Positions 42,071-57,200 of a DNA stretch of 64,000 bases are shown piece by piece. The stretch's first letter is position 1, and each line of letters starts with the position of its first letter. Made by a program: the position numbers and the translations under genes. Under the pieces are notes generated by a model that saw only the letters and a program-made list of their open reading frames with translations, searched no databases and had not been told where the DNA came from. The DNA is from Eledone cirrhosa (Eukaryota), in NCBI GenBank assembly GCA_964016885.1, contig OZ024742.1, forward strand, positions 331,266,001 through 331,330,000, in the 5' to 3' direction.

Positions 42071-42751
42071 TTTCTTGTATATTTTTTGTATACATGTGTT
42101 CCATGCCTTTTTCTTGACCATTATCTTTTGTTTGGCACAACATTCTCTAAATGACTACAAGAAAATTGCAAAATACGGGCACGAAATTTAATGTACTTGT
42201 TCACGTGACAGTATAATTTCATTTATAACCAATCAAATTACATTTATTAAAAAAACCCTTCGTTAGCCACCTTTTTTTAAGTAAAAAGAAATTCAAACAC
42301 AAATTGACCCGAAATTCATTTGACTACATCAACCAACCAAACTTCACTCATATATGAAAAATCAACCTGAGCCCCTCCTTTGTTTGAAAGCAAATATAAT
42401 AAGAACTTTGTAACGCGAACTGGCGCGAAATTTATACTTATTCCCCAACCAACCAAATTACTTCTCTAAAAACTTAGCATTTCGAGCCACTTTTTTCTAT
42501 ATAAAACAGAACTAATATTCAAAGCCCAACAAAATGTTAGAAAAACCACAAACCCTCCATCTCAATTCTACTTTTGTAAAGCAGAAGAACTGCGAAACCG
42601 GTAAAGGAACCAAATAAATATATATGAAAAAAAAAAGACTCTAGTTGCATTTTCGATTTCATCTTTTTTCTCATACTTTCACACGTGTAGGACACGTCGG
42701 TTGTTTTATATTTTGTAAAAAAACCTCACTTTCTAATATATATATATATAT

Positions 42752-43738
42752 CATATATTGCGTTAGAAACTTAAAGTAGTCTTTTACAATTAAATATCTC
42801 AAATAAGGGAATGTTTCCGAGCCATATAATGCAATTGAATATATGAGAGGGATGAACACCGATACAAGTATACATGTGTTCCAATTACAAATGACCAAGT
42901 TAGCTGGGTTGAAAAAACACTAATTTAAAACTATATGGTTTGCCTGTCTCAATTTAAAGTAATAAATCAATAAAAATAACAAACCTATATCGGGCATCTC
43001 TAAATCTGTTTCGCAAGAATTATTAAGTGAAAGCCACCATTCCTGAGCTCTTCTGCGTGTATCCAGGAAATTCGTACCTTTCACTTCAAGGGAACTAAGA
43101 AGACTGAACGATGTGTTGATATAAAACATATGTTGCAGCTCATAGGGCGTCTCATACTCATGCCGCTAAAAATAGCAGCAGGTTTATGAGATTAAAGTTA
43201 GCTCTACATATGAAGCCGAGAATATCATATATATTCAATTGTGTTACACGACTCAGAAAGATTGCCTTCTTTGAGTTATTTAATTGTAAAAGACAACTTT
43301 GAGTTTCTCACTCAATCTATGATATTCTCGGCTCCATATGTAGAGCTAACTTTAGTCTCACAAAACCGGCTGCTATTTTTAGCGTCATGAGCATGAAATG
43401 CGCTATGCGCTGCAACATGTGCTTTTATATCAACACATCGTTCAGTCTTCTTAGATCCTATGAAGTGAAAGGTACAAATTTCCTGGATACGCGCAGAAGA
43501 GCACAGGAATGGTGGCTTTCACTTAATAATTCTTGCGAAATAGATTTAGATTTGTCCGGGTATCAAAGGCAGTTGCCCGATATATGTTTGTTATTTTTAT
43601 TGATTTATTACTTTAAATCGAGACAGGCAAACCATATTGTTTTAAATTAGTGTTTTTTCAACCTAGCTAACTTGGTCATTTGCAATTGGAACACATGCAT
43701 ACTTGTATCGGTGTTTGTCCCTCTCATATATTCAATTT

Positions 43739-43740
<2 letters not shown>
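42752..43740. repeat. About 400-bp diverged inverted repeat (42832-43229 / 43318-43740), TA-flanked, likely a PLE pLTR
   Basis: Reverse-complement alignment. The paired spurious ORFs 42920-43129(-) and 43387-43650(+) are near identical. Confidence 0.85.
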
Positions 43741-43783
<43 letters not shown>

Positions 43784-45249
43784 TATATATACATGTGTGA
43801 TTGTGTGCGTGTGTGTGTGTGCGTGTGTGTGGTGGGGGTATGTGTGTCTACGCGTGTTTGCATTTCTGTGTGTGTGTTTGTGTGTTCGTGTGTATGAGTG
43901 TGTACTCATGTATCTACATAATATATGTATACACGAAGGACAAGCGCTGAGTTTCCATCTACCAAATTCGAGTATATAATAAATTGTACTTGCCCATATC
44001 CCATTCCCTGGCCTGGACCAAATACCACGAGTTTTCAAAACGGATATCTTAAATACACACACATCTCTGCCATTTCCATGTGAAGGAAATCTACTTCTGT
44101 CCCTATAAGACTTATTAGAGCCATACCATTCCACCTACGTTCGGTAGACAGGTGTAATAACATCATTTTCTGAAAGCTTTTGTCAGATTTATTTATTTTT
44201 TATTTTTTATTTTTTATTAAATGTTTGCAAAATTATTTTCATAATCTTTAACATTTTTCTTATTTTTACCAATAAGCTTATATATTCAATATAACTATTG
44301 TGCACAATATACTATTATACACATCTTTGTTATTAGATTATGCACTAGAAATATAATTATGAATAAAATATATAAATATATTTTTTATGGATGTTAAAGT
44401 AACTTTATGACCTCAAATAAATCAGAAACCAAAGCAATGAAACAATCGAAATTCAACGAAACAGTAAGTTAGAGAATGTAGATTCAAAAGACCGCTTCTT
44501 CAATTCATTGAAATATTTCGTGTCTATCTCATATGACTACGTATTTTAATGGATATGAATTGTTTTTCTTTTGTTATGATATTTTGTCTATGTATATACA
44601 ATAAATTTAATGTTGCATTTAAGGCCAACTTTTTACAGGAACACATCTGTTTTGCTTTTATTTTTTTTAGATTAACTCTTGATTTCACTTTACTTTCTGT
44701 ATATATTTGTTGTTCTTTATACTCACATACTCACATAGACCCGACTGAGCAGACATATTCCATCCGTGATCATTCCATATTAGTTTAAAGCAGTGATTAT
44801 ATAGAATTTTAACAAACAGAAAAAGGTTTGTTTTCGGTTTTGTGACCAGTTATAGGATCTCTCGCTGCCTAGTTCCCTATCCATGCTTGATCTGTTATTA
44901 TATGTTGATTATAGATAGATTTTACTGTTGTGTAGCACGAGCAAAGTGTATCATTAACAAAATAAAAATATAATGAGTTAGGGATCGAATGATTATGATT
45001 AAACAGTTAAAAAGCCGATGGATATTACCAAATATGTAACATTTATTATATTTGAGGTCACGCCGCGGCCCTGGGGGTATCGATAAGATACTGCTAATCC
45101 TTTCACCATCACAAGCAAGAGTTATAAGTGTGGACACGATAAGAAGAAGTAACATTTACACCGCATTGTAAAACATGTATATAAAATAAAAGTATCATAG
45201 TCAAGCTTAATATAAACCATACATTAGACGCGGCTTAATCTGTCTGTCC

Positions 45250-45870
45250 TTAGTGTCCTTTGACGCAGCTTTACAATTCAACTTTGACAAGAGTCAATCA
45301 GCAGGAATATCGTGCATTCTGTTGACAAGCAACATCGCAGCTATATTAAACTGCCTCAAATTCAAACAGCAACAAGTGGATCATCTGATGTTGCTTTCGG
45401 CTTTGAATGCACATGCGTCCGAGTCTCCTCTTGAGTCCCATAAATGCTCTTGTAGTGGTACTGTCCACGATTTCAAAATGCATTCCAAATAGGCTGCACT
45501 CAACGATCTCGATAAAAGAAACATTGAAGTTGATAGTTTTCTGGCAAAATTTGACTCCGCAGGTCTCGAAAAGTGTGGTCCCGAAGTAATAACTCCTTTT
45601 TTCCGGTCCAAGCTGGGTAAATAACACATTTTGGACGCTGCATATTGTTGCACATTCGTCGGTGCTCGCTTTGTAGTATAAACTTAAATCTAGCATGTGC
45701 CACGTGCAACGCAGTGAAAATATGTCAAACCCCATTCCATTTCATGTCGATTGTTTTTTAAATCTCCGGTGCAAATGGATGATGGTGCACCTTTTTTCTC
45801 CGCCAAACTAAGCTGATTCTACAACGGCAGAGGAAAGAAACCGGTGACATTTAATGGATGACATAGTTGG
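45250..45870 (+). pseudogene. Possible very old mariner transposase remnant
   Basis: Stop-ridden plus frame ends FFSAKLS*FYNGRGKKPV, resembling the mariner C-terminus. Other motifs are barely recognisable. Confidence 0.25.
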
Positions 45871-46369
45871 TATTGCTGTTAACACCTACCTTATTCAGCT
45901 GATGGGAAGAGGTACCCTCTTCATATAAGGGCCTGGATTGTTCCTCTTGTCATGACTATTCTCTTTGCAGTATATATATCCTAAGTTTTAGAGTCTAACG
46001 AGACATCAGGAGTGGAAACTATGATGAACAGTGTAAATGCAAAAATGGGGAAAGGGCGAAATACGTTAGTAGATAGATAGATAGATATATAGATAGAGTG
46101 AGAGAGAGGTACAAACAAAGAATACATTGTAAAAATAAAAATATCTCTATATATCCTCACAACAGTTTATGAAAATAGTCTATCATTTTTTGTTCTTTAT
46201 CAGATCTAGTTATTTATACACATTTATATCTCAGATGACTTTGACACGTTGTCGCATTGGTACAGCAGAAGAATAATTAGTATAATATAGATTATATTAA
46301 TTTGAACATAACTCAAATTAAAATTGTACTTAAGTGTTTTTAAACTTGGATTTGCTTGATATGTGTAGT

Positions 46370-47520
46370 TATAATAATTAATTTGCTAACGATGTGAATA
46401 AAAAAAATGGATTTTACTTAAATTGTCTAAATCGCGGTTGAAGATACAATCATGGATTTTAACATAAAAATGCTATCTCAACGTAAATACGTAAATTTCT
46501 ATTACATATAGATTACAAAACGGAGAACGCTGGAGCGATTATGGATTAAGGGGATTTAGAAAGGTCTTATTTATTTATGCTCTGACCACGAATTTAGAAT
46601 AAAATCGAAAGCCATTCGCCGAAATCTAAACGATTCAATTAATCACGGGAATATTCTATTGTGCGATATATTGCAGTAATTGTTAATTGATAAAAACAGA
46701 CATAGATATGTTAGATATAGAACTTGGCACGGAACTCAGTCCAGAGGAAAATAAAAATTATAAAGAAAAAAAAACTAAGATTAAGAGCGGAAAATTAATG
46801 AAAACCAGTATAATCATGTTAGATATATAAACGGAGATAAGGAAATTAGACCAAACACAGACTTACAAATATATAGAAATCAATAAACTAGTGAGAGGTC
46901 AACAGAAATGAGGATTACAACAATATCTGTTTAAGAATAAAGGGAAACTAATACAAATAGCTAGAAAGCATTAACGATATAAAATAGTTGTTATCTCTCT
47001 TCAAGGAAGCCAACATATATAGATGAGAGATTTTTATAACTGACAGCTGTGAGGAATAGGGAGAAAAAATCACATACACTATTAAGAAAATTAAAATTGT
47101 ATTGGAATGGGCATGATAATATATCGCTGTAATAGAAAAAAAAATCCAAATGGCTAAATGCTTACAAGACTGATCATAGCTAAAGTATAAAAATAAAAAT
47201 AAATACACCACTGACTTCGAACAGAAGAACTCAAAGCAACGATCGAAAAGCATTTAATAATTAGAAAAAAAAATATTTCCATGAAAATAAACATATATGT
47301 TAGAAAATTACAAAGAATAAAATGTATCACTGCCCGCGCCAACTGTACACAATACAAAGATGATTCGTGATATAGACGATAAATAAATAAATGTGTTATT
47401 AACCACAAGGGAAAATATAAAGAACCGTTATGTTACATGACGGTATTCTGTTGGTTTACATGTAAAACGTGTAAATCCGGAAAAAATGGAAGCAAAATTA
47501 AAATGGCTATCAATAAAATG
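46370..47520 (+). mobile_element. Possible heavily decayed RTE-type LINE fragment
   Basis: A-rich coding-like composition and an IYALT (cf. IYAPT) remnant at about 46575. Weak. Confidence 0.2.
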
Positions 47521-50500
47521 AAAACAAAGAAATATTTCCCACACATCTGTCTGAGTGCTACTCGTGGAAAACTCTACAGAAATGCTTTCTCAGTGTTCCA
47601 TCTCCAATGACACAAAGCTGGCCCCTTTTCTCGGTCTATGATACACCGTTAAACATATTTATTAGAAGTCAACACATTTCTGCCCAAAGTTTTCATTTTA
47701 AATGAATCTTGACCAAGTATATATTGGCTAGGCCAATCATTTTAATCTTGTTCGCCGCACATTCTCGTTAGCCGTGAACACCATATATGTGTGTGTATAT
47801 ATCTCTGTGTGTTTATGTGTGTGTGTGTGTATGTATGTGTGGGTGGGGTGGTGGAGGGGGGGGGGGGGTAACAAAATGTAACCAGCAAGGTGAGTTACAG
47901 TTAATTTTTTCAAGATGAAACTCAACCTGTTTGTTTTCATGGGAATATTCTACAAAATCTAATAAAGTGATATTCTTCGACCAAACAAAAAACTGTACAG
48001 CAAAATATAAGGTTTCGCGAAATGATGCAGGTCACACATTACATACTTTGAATCCTAGAGCCACGTAACATGCAGTCTTTTAGATTATAGAATAGAATTA
48101 AGTCCACATATTAATTTCTGTACGCATTAAAATTATTCTCAGAAATTGGAGACTAAATGAAATTGCAACCTCATCTACCATTGTAAAGTCTAAAGTTTCG
48201 CAAATATATTTTAATTTACAGATTTAATCAAAATCACAATGTTATCACAAGTATATAGCAGAGAAATCTAGATTTTAGTTGTTTTTTACTTCAGTGTTTG
48301 ACAGATAAATGAATTATAACTTCAAGCAGCGCGGTTCCCCTACGAATTAATGTGCCAAGTATGTGTTTCTGATCTGTATATCTGTGAATAAAGAGGGCGT
48401 GTATAATACGTGGAAATATTCAGTTGGTTTGATAACTTTATGAACATATTATACTTATATTTCCAACAAATTTAAAGTATATAATTTCTTGTAAATAATT
48501 CGATGTGTGTCTCATGAACATTTTACATGACGGTGCACCACAATGACTTGATTATGTTGTCACAGTATTTCGTGTGGACTCGTGAATTCAGGCTATTATT
48601 TTAGCGATAAATTCTTACCCCATAGTTCACTTCAAAGTGAGAAAGCTCGCCGTAGATGAATTGTTTACATATGTGTTCTGGAAATTTCTCCTTTGTGATA
48701 TGGAGGATAAATCATTTAACCAAATCATATATATCTGTGATGACATACGACCCCATTGCGACATAAATAGGGTTCTCTGGCTTTTATATTGCAACCAAGG
48801 TGGAATCGCTGGTAAACATTAGTGTTTTCTTTTCTGGCATTCATAATTAATTCTAATTCCTGGTCTTTACTCTCGCCGAATTCCCGAGCAAACTATAAAG
48901 CTCTATCAAAAGGTGCACGGCGAATAGAGGGATAGAGGTCCCTGATTTAAAATTGCATGAACTGTATTTCTGGATATTATTAAATGAAGATATTACTGAA
49001 GTTGTGTTAATTAAGATATAACATGTTGACCTTAGTTTTAGTGCGTTTATTTTTATCTGATATTTAGGAAATGTTAAAAAGGTGATGAGAAGAAGGGTTT
49101 AAAAGTGAATTGTCAGGAAGCGTGGGAGACCAAGGAGAGTTGACATGCAAAGAATATTGGAGAGCATGCCTCAGCAATTATGGATTAAGCCTAAAAAGGA
49201 CGCCTTGAAGAATGGGTTAACTCAGAGTATGTTGTATAACAATCTGCTATCATTGGAGTGAAGTCTTCCAATCAACAGAAGGCGTGGGGCGGCACATGAA
49301 ATTACAATCGAAGTAATGGTATTTCATGCTGTTTACGTCCATGAGTACCAATTTGATTTTCCATTGAACAACATCATATATAATGAATATACCAATTGTG
49401 ACCTCACTAGTACCCCATTGTATAGGCCGTTCACTTTCTATTAGACATTGTCATGGAGAGGAGGGATTTGCAGAGATGTCTGCTGGTATTCCACAAAACA
49501 ACCTAATTGCAAAACCCATAGTAAAAAATGTTTTTTTTTTATTTTTTTACCATTTATCTTCATAGACTAACTATATTACTAAGCAATATCCTTGCGTGAC
49601 CGCCCCAGTTTTTCAGATTATCATTCAAAATATGTAATTGATAAATTGTATACAGTTGTTGAGGCGGCGGATAGAAAACTTTACGCAACTCATTTCGGTT
49701 TTCTCTGTTCTAAAACATCCCGCTGAGATTAACTTTGGCTTCCATCATATCTGCTTCTATAAAGAAGATAGAAATCCAAAGATGTAGCTAATTTCGTACA
49801 CATCTTTCTCTCCTTCGGAAATGGCTTTGTGAAAACAACCGAGAAAGTGAGGATCACACTATGATTTCCAAAGCTCTAGGTATCAGAAATAAGAGGAAAG
49901 AGCCATATATATCGAGGTAACCAGTTGACCTAGTGATTTTGTTCCTGGATTTTAACCTATCGTTTACTATTGGCATGAACTTGCTCAGAGCAATACTATT
50001 CACGGTTTTGTAAGGATTTCTGAACCTGGTCTTTTTTCTAAATTAATCACACATGATTAACATAAAAAATGACGATACAGAAAAGACACATGTGTATGAA
50101 TTTTACATGAGAATACAGAGTTGAAAGAGAGTAAACTCTTATAGAATGTTGCCAACAGTTAGCATGATTACAAACACAGCATATATCATGTATAATTACC
50201 CTCTGGTTATAAAATACGCTTATCAGAAGATGGGGTTACATAGATGTTTCCAGAACATTGAAAATCGAGTGAAACAACACCCTACACACACACATTAAAA
50301 TGGGTTTCTGTATAATGCTGCTCAGCTTTTGGTTAATGTATATGTGTAATTAAATATGTTTACACGGATATGCATATCACACCCCGAATCACATAGACAC
50401 ACATATACACATGCATGCAAAAAACGCCCACACGAACACACAGTTCCACATACACACACGTACACACGCACGCACACACACGCACACACACACACACACA

Positions 50501-50527
50501 CATGCACACACACACACACACACACAT

Positions 50528-50588
<61 letters not shown>

Positions 50589-51074
50589 ATCATCTGTATA
50601 TGTGTTTATAGTGCATAAATGGCATATAAGAGAGTGTGTGTGAATGTGGGTGTGCGTGTGTGTATTAAGTTTGAGTGCATATGCGGATATGGATGTGAAT
50701 ATGTGTGAAAATGTGGGTATATGTGTGTGAGTGTGCTTGAGTAATTGCTCATGTGTGTAAGAGACTAATTCTGCAACTAGCTGGCCCCAGACTCGAGGGA
50801 ACTATCAATTTTCATTAATGAAATATGTGTGAGACCAAGTGATAGGTTTTTTTTGTCAGTAATGTAATCAATCTCCATCAACATTCTTTTGCTCCATCCA
50901 ATCTCATATGTCACTTCCCACTTCAAACTTACGCGTATATATTTCTATACACATATACACACACAAACACACGCACTTATATATATATATATAATACATA
51001 CATATATATATATATAGGGAGATAGAGAGAGAGATACATATACACACATATATATATATATATATACATATATA

Positions 51075-51160
<86 letters not shown>

Positions 51161-51166
<6 letters not shown>

Positions 51167-51632
51167 ATTAAATAAATGGAAGACTATATTTATAAAACCA
51201 TATTTATTTCATTATATATATTTCGGGGATATCATATTAACAATATGCTATGCCTTCATCAGACAAAATACAATATAAACAGTTTTATAGATAAATATAT
51301 TCGACATACCGTAATAAACATCAACTTCATTTGAAGAGGTTTACTCTAGCAGTACTCTGCTAGAGTAAACCTCTTCAAATGAAGTTGATGTTTATTACGG
51401 TATGTCGAATATATTTATCTATAAAACTGTTTATATTGTATTTTGTCTGATGAAGGCATAGCATATTGTTAATATGATATCCCCGAAATATATATAATGA
51501 AATAAATATGGTTTTATAAATATAGTCTTCCATTTATTTAATATTGTATATATACTCCAAGTATTTGTCGAGTGCTTTTATATCATTTATAAATATTTAC
51601 TAGTTGTAACCCAACAATTTTAAATATAACTT

Positions 51633-51636
<4 letters not shown>
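51161..51636 (+). mobile_element. Perfect 192-bp-arm palindrome (51161-51352 / 51357-51548) plus tail; PLE-type remnant in (TA)n
   Basis: Apex ctctagcag-tact-ctgctagag. The arms read as exact reverse complements. Confidence 0.88.
51442..51501 (+). ncRNA. Hammerhead motif (mirrored on the minus strand in the left arm)
   Basis: tttgt-CTGATGA-aggcatagcatatt(gtt)aatatgatatcccc-GAAA-tatat-ATA-atgaa. Confidence 0.6.
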
Positions 51637-51670
<34 letters not shown>

Positions 51671-51751
51671 TACACATATATATCATATATATCTACATAT
51701 ATATATACGTGCATACATATATATAAATGTACATCCCTCTCTCTCTTTATA

Positions 51752-51833
<82 letters not shown>

Positions 51834-52416
51834 TGTGTATGCATATATGTGTATGTATATATATATATGAAAGGCGATAAATGAGTGAGAAAGTAACTTT
51901 TAGTCTTAACTAAAGAGAGGTTGTAGGGGAAGATTATCCATACATATATATAGCAGTTGAAACGGCTTGAGCTCTGCCGTAGGGGTTAAACCTTTTCCTA
52001 TATATATAATTTAAATGCCCTTTTTGGCATATTTTGGCAGTGAGACTTTTGGTTATCGCGTTGAGCTCTACTGAGGAACGATTCCAACCGTGACTAATCC
52101 CACTGAAATGATTCGTAAGACTACAAATGCGCTATAAGAATATATAGAGCATTTGTAGTTTTTCCAAATTGAAGGATGAGTATTTAAACTTTATTCTATT
52201 TTGAGTTAAGACTCTATTGGTTTTTTTCCCTGGATTTCACAAAATCTGTGGATATAATTTCTGTCTTGATTTTTTTTAATTGAGTTTTTTTTCCCATATC
52301 TTACGTTAATTATTTTCTATTTTGACGTTATAGTCACTTATATATATATTATATTATGAAATACTGTTGCTCACATTAATTTCTATATGTTCATTTATAT
52401 ATATATACATATATAT

Positions 52417-52730
52417 ATATTGTTATACTTTGGGAGGGTCATGTTGCCAATAAGAAACACACGCACCAGTTGCTTTCACTTCAATTTAATTTATTATATA
52501 TTTATAAATTTACAAATTTATAAATTTCTGGTTGGTTGGTTGGTTCCACAACCAACCAACCAGAAATTTATAAATTTGTAAATTTATAAATATATAATAA
52601 ATTAAATTGAAGTGAAAGCAACTGGTGCGTGTGTTTCTTATTGGCAACATGACCCTCCCAAAGTATAACAATATCGGTTTCAACACACGATTTCAGATAA
52701 AGAATCTTGCTAAACAAATTCAGAAACGAA
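52417..52730 (+). mobile_element. Family C remnant as a near-perfect palindrome (apex ccac, 52546-52549) plus 56-bp tail
   Basis: 52417-52545 versus 52550-52674; they differ by one GGTT unit. TA on both sides. Confidence 0.85.
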
Positions 52731-52734
52731 ATAT

Positions 52735-53128
<394 letters not shown>

Positions 53129-53563
53129 GTTGTTATTAAGTCTTAGCCAATAGTAATACATTGAACTTTTTTACAATCTCTTTATTTTAGTTCCCATTGT
53201 CTTCCAGCACTTTTTAGTTTTGTTCAGTTCAATTGTCGCGATGATATAGTAATGTCGGAGAGATTTAAAATCATACAACAGACGGTACCAATATAACAAA
53301 ACATGAGTACCATGAATATTCATAAAACTATTCAGTATACATGCAAACACATACATGTTGTGTGTGTGGGGAGGGGAGGTATATGTGCATGTGTGTGTGT
53401 GTTTGTGTGTGTATATGTGTGTGTGTGTGTGCGTGTGTGTGTGACTCGGGGTGGACCTTTCTAGCTGCAAATCTCATGCTCATTCATCACCTAAGCGAGG
53501 CTTTACCCTGTATATTTATATGAAAATCGCGCATAATTTTTAAGTGTATGAACTTTGATATAA

Positions 53564-53596
<33 letters not shown>

Positions 53597-53597
53597 G

Positions 53598-53629
<32 letters not shown>

Positions 53630-53712
53630 TACACTAGCAGATATATATATATAGTAGCAGAAAATTATGTGTCCGCAACTGTCAAAATAAGCAGAAGTCT
53701 TCAATAAATAAT

Positions 53713-53903
53713 TGTTTCTACTTTTGGCACAAGCCCAGCAATTAACCAGTGCATTACTGGTACTTTATTTTATCGACCCCGTAAGTAAGGATGAAAGGCA
53801 AAGTCAACCTCGGCGGGATTTGAACTCAGATCGTAAAGGGACGTTACTATGCTGGAAAGCATGGCGTCCGACCCTCTACCGATACTGCCAATCCACCGCC
53901 CAT
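53713..53903 (-). mobile_element. SINE inserted in the Helitron 3' region with an 18-bp TSD
   Basis: aagtcttcaataaataat at 53695-53712 and 53904-53921. Confidence 0.92.
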
Positions 53904-54276
53904 AAGTCTTCAATAAATAATGCAAATGAATATTTAGTGCAATCTTTGTACACATAAAACTATGCTGATAATGAAGGAAAACACTGAACAGGAAGTAGTT
54001 ATACAAATTATTAAAGACAATACACGTTGCAAATCTGTAGAAAAACAGGCAGTTTTGCTAAAGTATAAAAAGTTGTAATGAAAGCAGAGTTGTATACAAA
54101 CAAACAAACAATGAGAGTAGAATAATAGAACATCTATTCTTTGAGAGCATCCTTTGCTGTGTATGGTTAAATGTTGAACTTATAATCCCAAATATCCTGC
54201 ATGACATATTCATTGGTAGGTTTTGTAATGAGTAAGGTGACTCAAGGCAGAGCTGTAATAAGTGTTTTTGTTAACA

Positions 54277-57200
54277 CTAAAGCACTTCAGGATAGACGAT
54301 ATTCTTTGATTTTCTTTTCGGAACAAACGCAAAGAGATTATCTCGACTGCCACTCGTGAGCAGGCAACGTAGAATTGATTGTCCGTGCGAAAAGCAAGGT
54401 TCATCCAAGTGAATTCCAGCGACGGACAGAGTTTGAACTTGTGACTTGTTTATGGATATCGCAAAAGCAACACGAAGGGGAAATTGGGTTCGGCGAAAGG
54501 AGAAGTGAGTATCAACGCCTGATATAGTCAGGCTAATTTTTGTTATTATCAAATCGTCGCCTTTCCCACATCCGGATAGAATGGTAGCGTCAATACTAAG
54601 TGGAGGCAGATTTTAATCACAAGGCGTGTACCATTGCATAGTTTTGTAGGAGTGGTATTTCTCATCAAAATAACTGGCGTTCAGAACCAATGTATTAGGA
54701 GGTAAACCAGGAGGATGTCACAAATTTAGAAATTCAACTGGATAATTGACCGCATCCTGTGGATCACATACAGTATCAATATATTTATATATTCGTGGAC
54801 ATCCAGGAAGAAGCTGAAGAAGCTGATCGTTAATACCGTGATATTTTTGGGTGCAAGAATGGCTCTTTCGCATAGCCAATCAAGAATCGTATAGTTATCA
54901 CGCAAGTTCGGGAATACACTCGCCTTGAGATCATCGACAGTTTCAACTACATTACAGATGTGATCAGTTGCTGTGTGTCCATCTGTATCCGGAGGTAAGT
55001 TACCATCTCCAGAAAATGTTGATGAGAAATGGTCCCCATTCAACCTTGCACGCATGTTGGTAGTTACTTTTAATGATGTCACTCGTCGCCACAATGGTGA
55101 AGACTTAGGACATGCATTTACCGCATCTGTTCTTGTTCATTTTGGCATTATAGGAAGAGTCTGTCTGAAGTCTCTTGATAGCAGAAGGGCAATAACATCA
55201 CTGCAATCCCGTGTGTCTTGCAAATACATGTCTAGTGCCTCAAGACCACCTTTGTGCGCCATTGTGCACTCATCCCAAACAATAAGGTTACACCTTCGCA
55301 GCAGATGAACCCTTTCGGCGTCTTTTGTGATATGACAAGTAGGAGTTTCCGATTTTGCCAAATGAAGGGGCAATTTAAAAACTGAATGTGCCGTCCTTCC
55401 ACCAGGGAGCAAAGTTGCTGCGATTCCAGAGGACGCAACTGCTATTGCTATGTCCTTATTCTGTCTACCCTTTGCAAGAAGAAGTTTAGTAACGACATTT
55501 TTTCCTGTCCCATCTGGAGCATCGAGGAAAAATATGCCACCACTTCTTTGAAATACCGATTCAGTAATGGTGGTATAAGCCAGCCGCTGATCAGCTAGAA
55601 GCTTTGGCTCATTATCTGGGACGTAGAGGCCGAGATCATGGATGTCATAAGAAGTCTCCTGTATGATATATGTGGGAAGTTTGTTTGAGGCTGTGCGATG
55701 AATTTCTGGTAAACCGTAATCACGTAAAACCTTTCTTCCAATCAGAGCTAACTTGTCCTCAATATCAATGATGAGAGCTCTGTTGTATAATTCATTGCTA
55801 AAGCCGACCTTTATTTCTGGAAGTAGCAATTGTACTTGGTGTCTGTAGTCGTCTGTTAGTTCATCCCTATATTTCATCCACAAGGACAGAGGATCAGATA
55901 AGTTGCACGAGTGCAAAAGTACCGCAAATAAATTTCTTAGGCTGGCAGGTGCATGTGAAAGAGTATCTTCCGCCATCGTTGCATCCACTGCGAACGATCT
56001 TCCAGCAATCCATGCCTCAAACATGCCTTTGTGTATGTTGGAATAACTTGTCCGTCTAACGTTCGGAGATCATCAAAGCAGGTAGGTCCTCTGACCTCAT
56101 GTAGTAGCATGCGAAGATGGAAGTTGGTTTGGGGGCACAGTATCAACTCTACCCAAGCACTCGTTGAACTTGATGCCTGGATAAGCCTCGACACACTGTC
56201 CTGTCTTTATTCGCTTCCATGTATTTTTGTCCCAGGTATAGTAAGATGGGACTTGTGGATATAGTAAGGTTTTAGCAAATGGATCTTCGTGACATAAGTT
56301 AAAGAAAGCGGTAAGAGTAGTATCCTTTGGTTCTTGTGCCAACTGAGCAGTTGATGCATTCGTAAAATATACTTTCTGACCGTTCTCCATGTGAACTTGA
56401 AGTTTTTGAACAGCAGGATGCCGTTGATGTATAACAAATCCGAAAATCCGCCAGAACGCTTCATTAGAGCTAATGTATCTTCCAGTTTGGTACTGGGCCA
56501 CTTCATCTCGGCTGTTTTCCCGAAGTTATCCAAACGTAACAGCATCAGAGCCTTTATTAATGTACTTACAAATGTATTTTATAGATTTAATCGAATTACA
56601 GTATTCTACGTTTATGTGTGCATCAAAAATCATTATAAGGAGTGGATTATATGGAACAACCCATCTGTTTTCAATCTCATGTTTGCCAACCCTTGCTCTG
56701 AATCCACAATATTCGGGTCTTCTCCGGCGATATAGTGGGTATCCGTCATGACCAGTCTGCGTGTCCTTAAGGAACTGTCGGGGAAATTTCTTTGAGCACC
56801 TAGACTTGTCCTTAACACACGGTAAGTTGTTGTGAAATCCATGTCCACATGGGCCATGCACCATGTGTGCTTTAACTTTTTGTTAAAGGTCCCTGTCGAT
56901 TGCCGGATCAGGAAACTCAGCAGAAAGGACATTGCCAATTTCATCTGGTCTAAGTTTTGTCTTTAACCAGATCAGAATGTGGGCATGTGGCAAGCCTCGT
57001 TTTTGCCACTCAATTGTAACCAGTCGCATTGTACTAGGCCAAATATTTCACCTGTTTTGATGAGTTCCATGAGCTTAATTAACTGAAGATGGAAAACTCT
57101 GGCAATAAGATCCTGCCTGACTCTGGCCTTTTGACCTGGAAAGAGTTCTTTCTGTATCTCTTCCCATTTTGGGTTTGAAGTGAACTATTAAACAAATCTG

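Noticed and set aside
44922-45155. ORF with a signal-peptide-like start (MLLLLIVSTLITLACDG)
   Set aside because: Short, no recognisable family, and hydrophobic starts arise easily in T-rich DNA.
48850-49330. Possible decayed LINE RT fragments (also about 16000-16800)
   Set aside because: Composition is suggestive, but no motif could be read with confidence.
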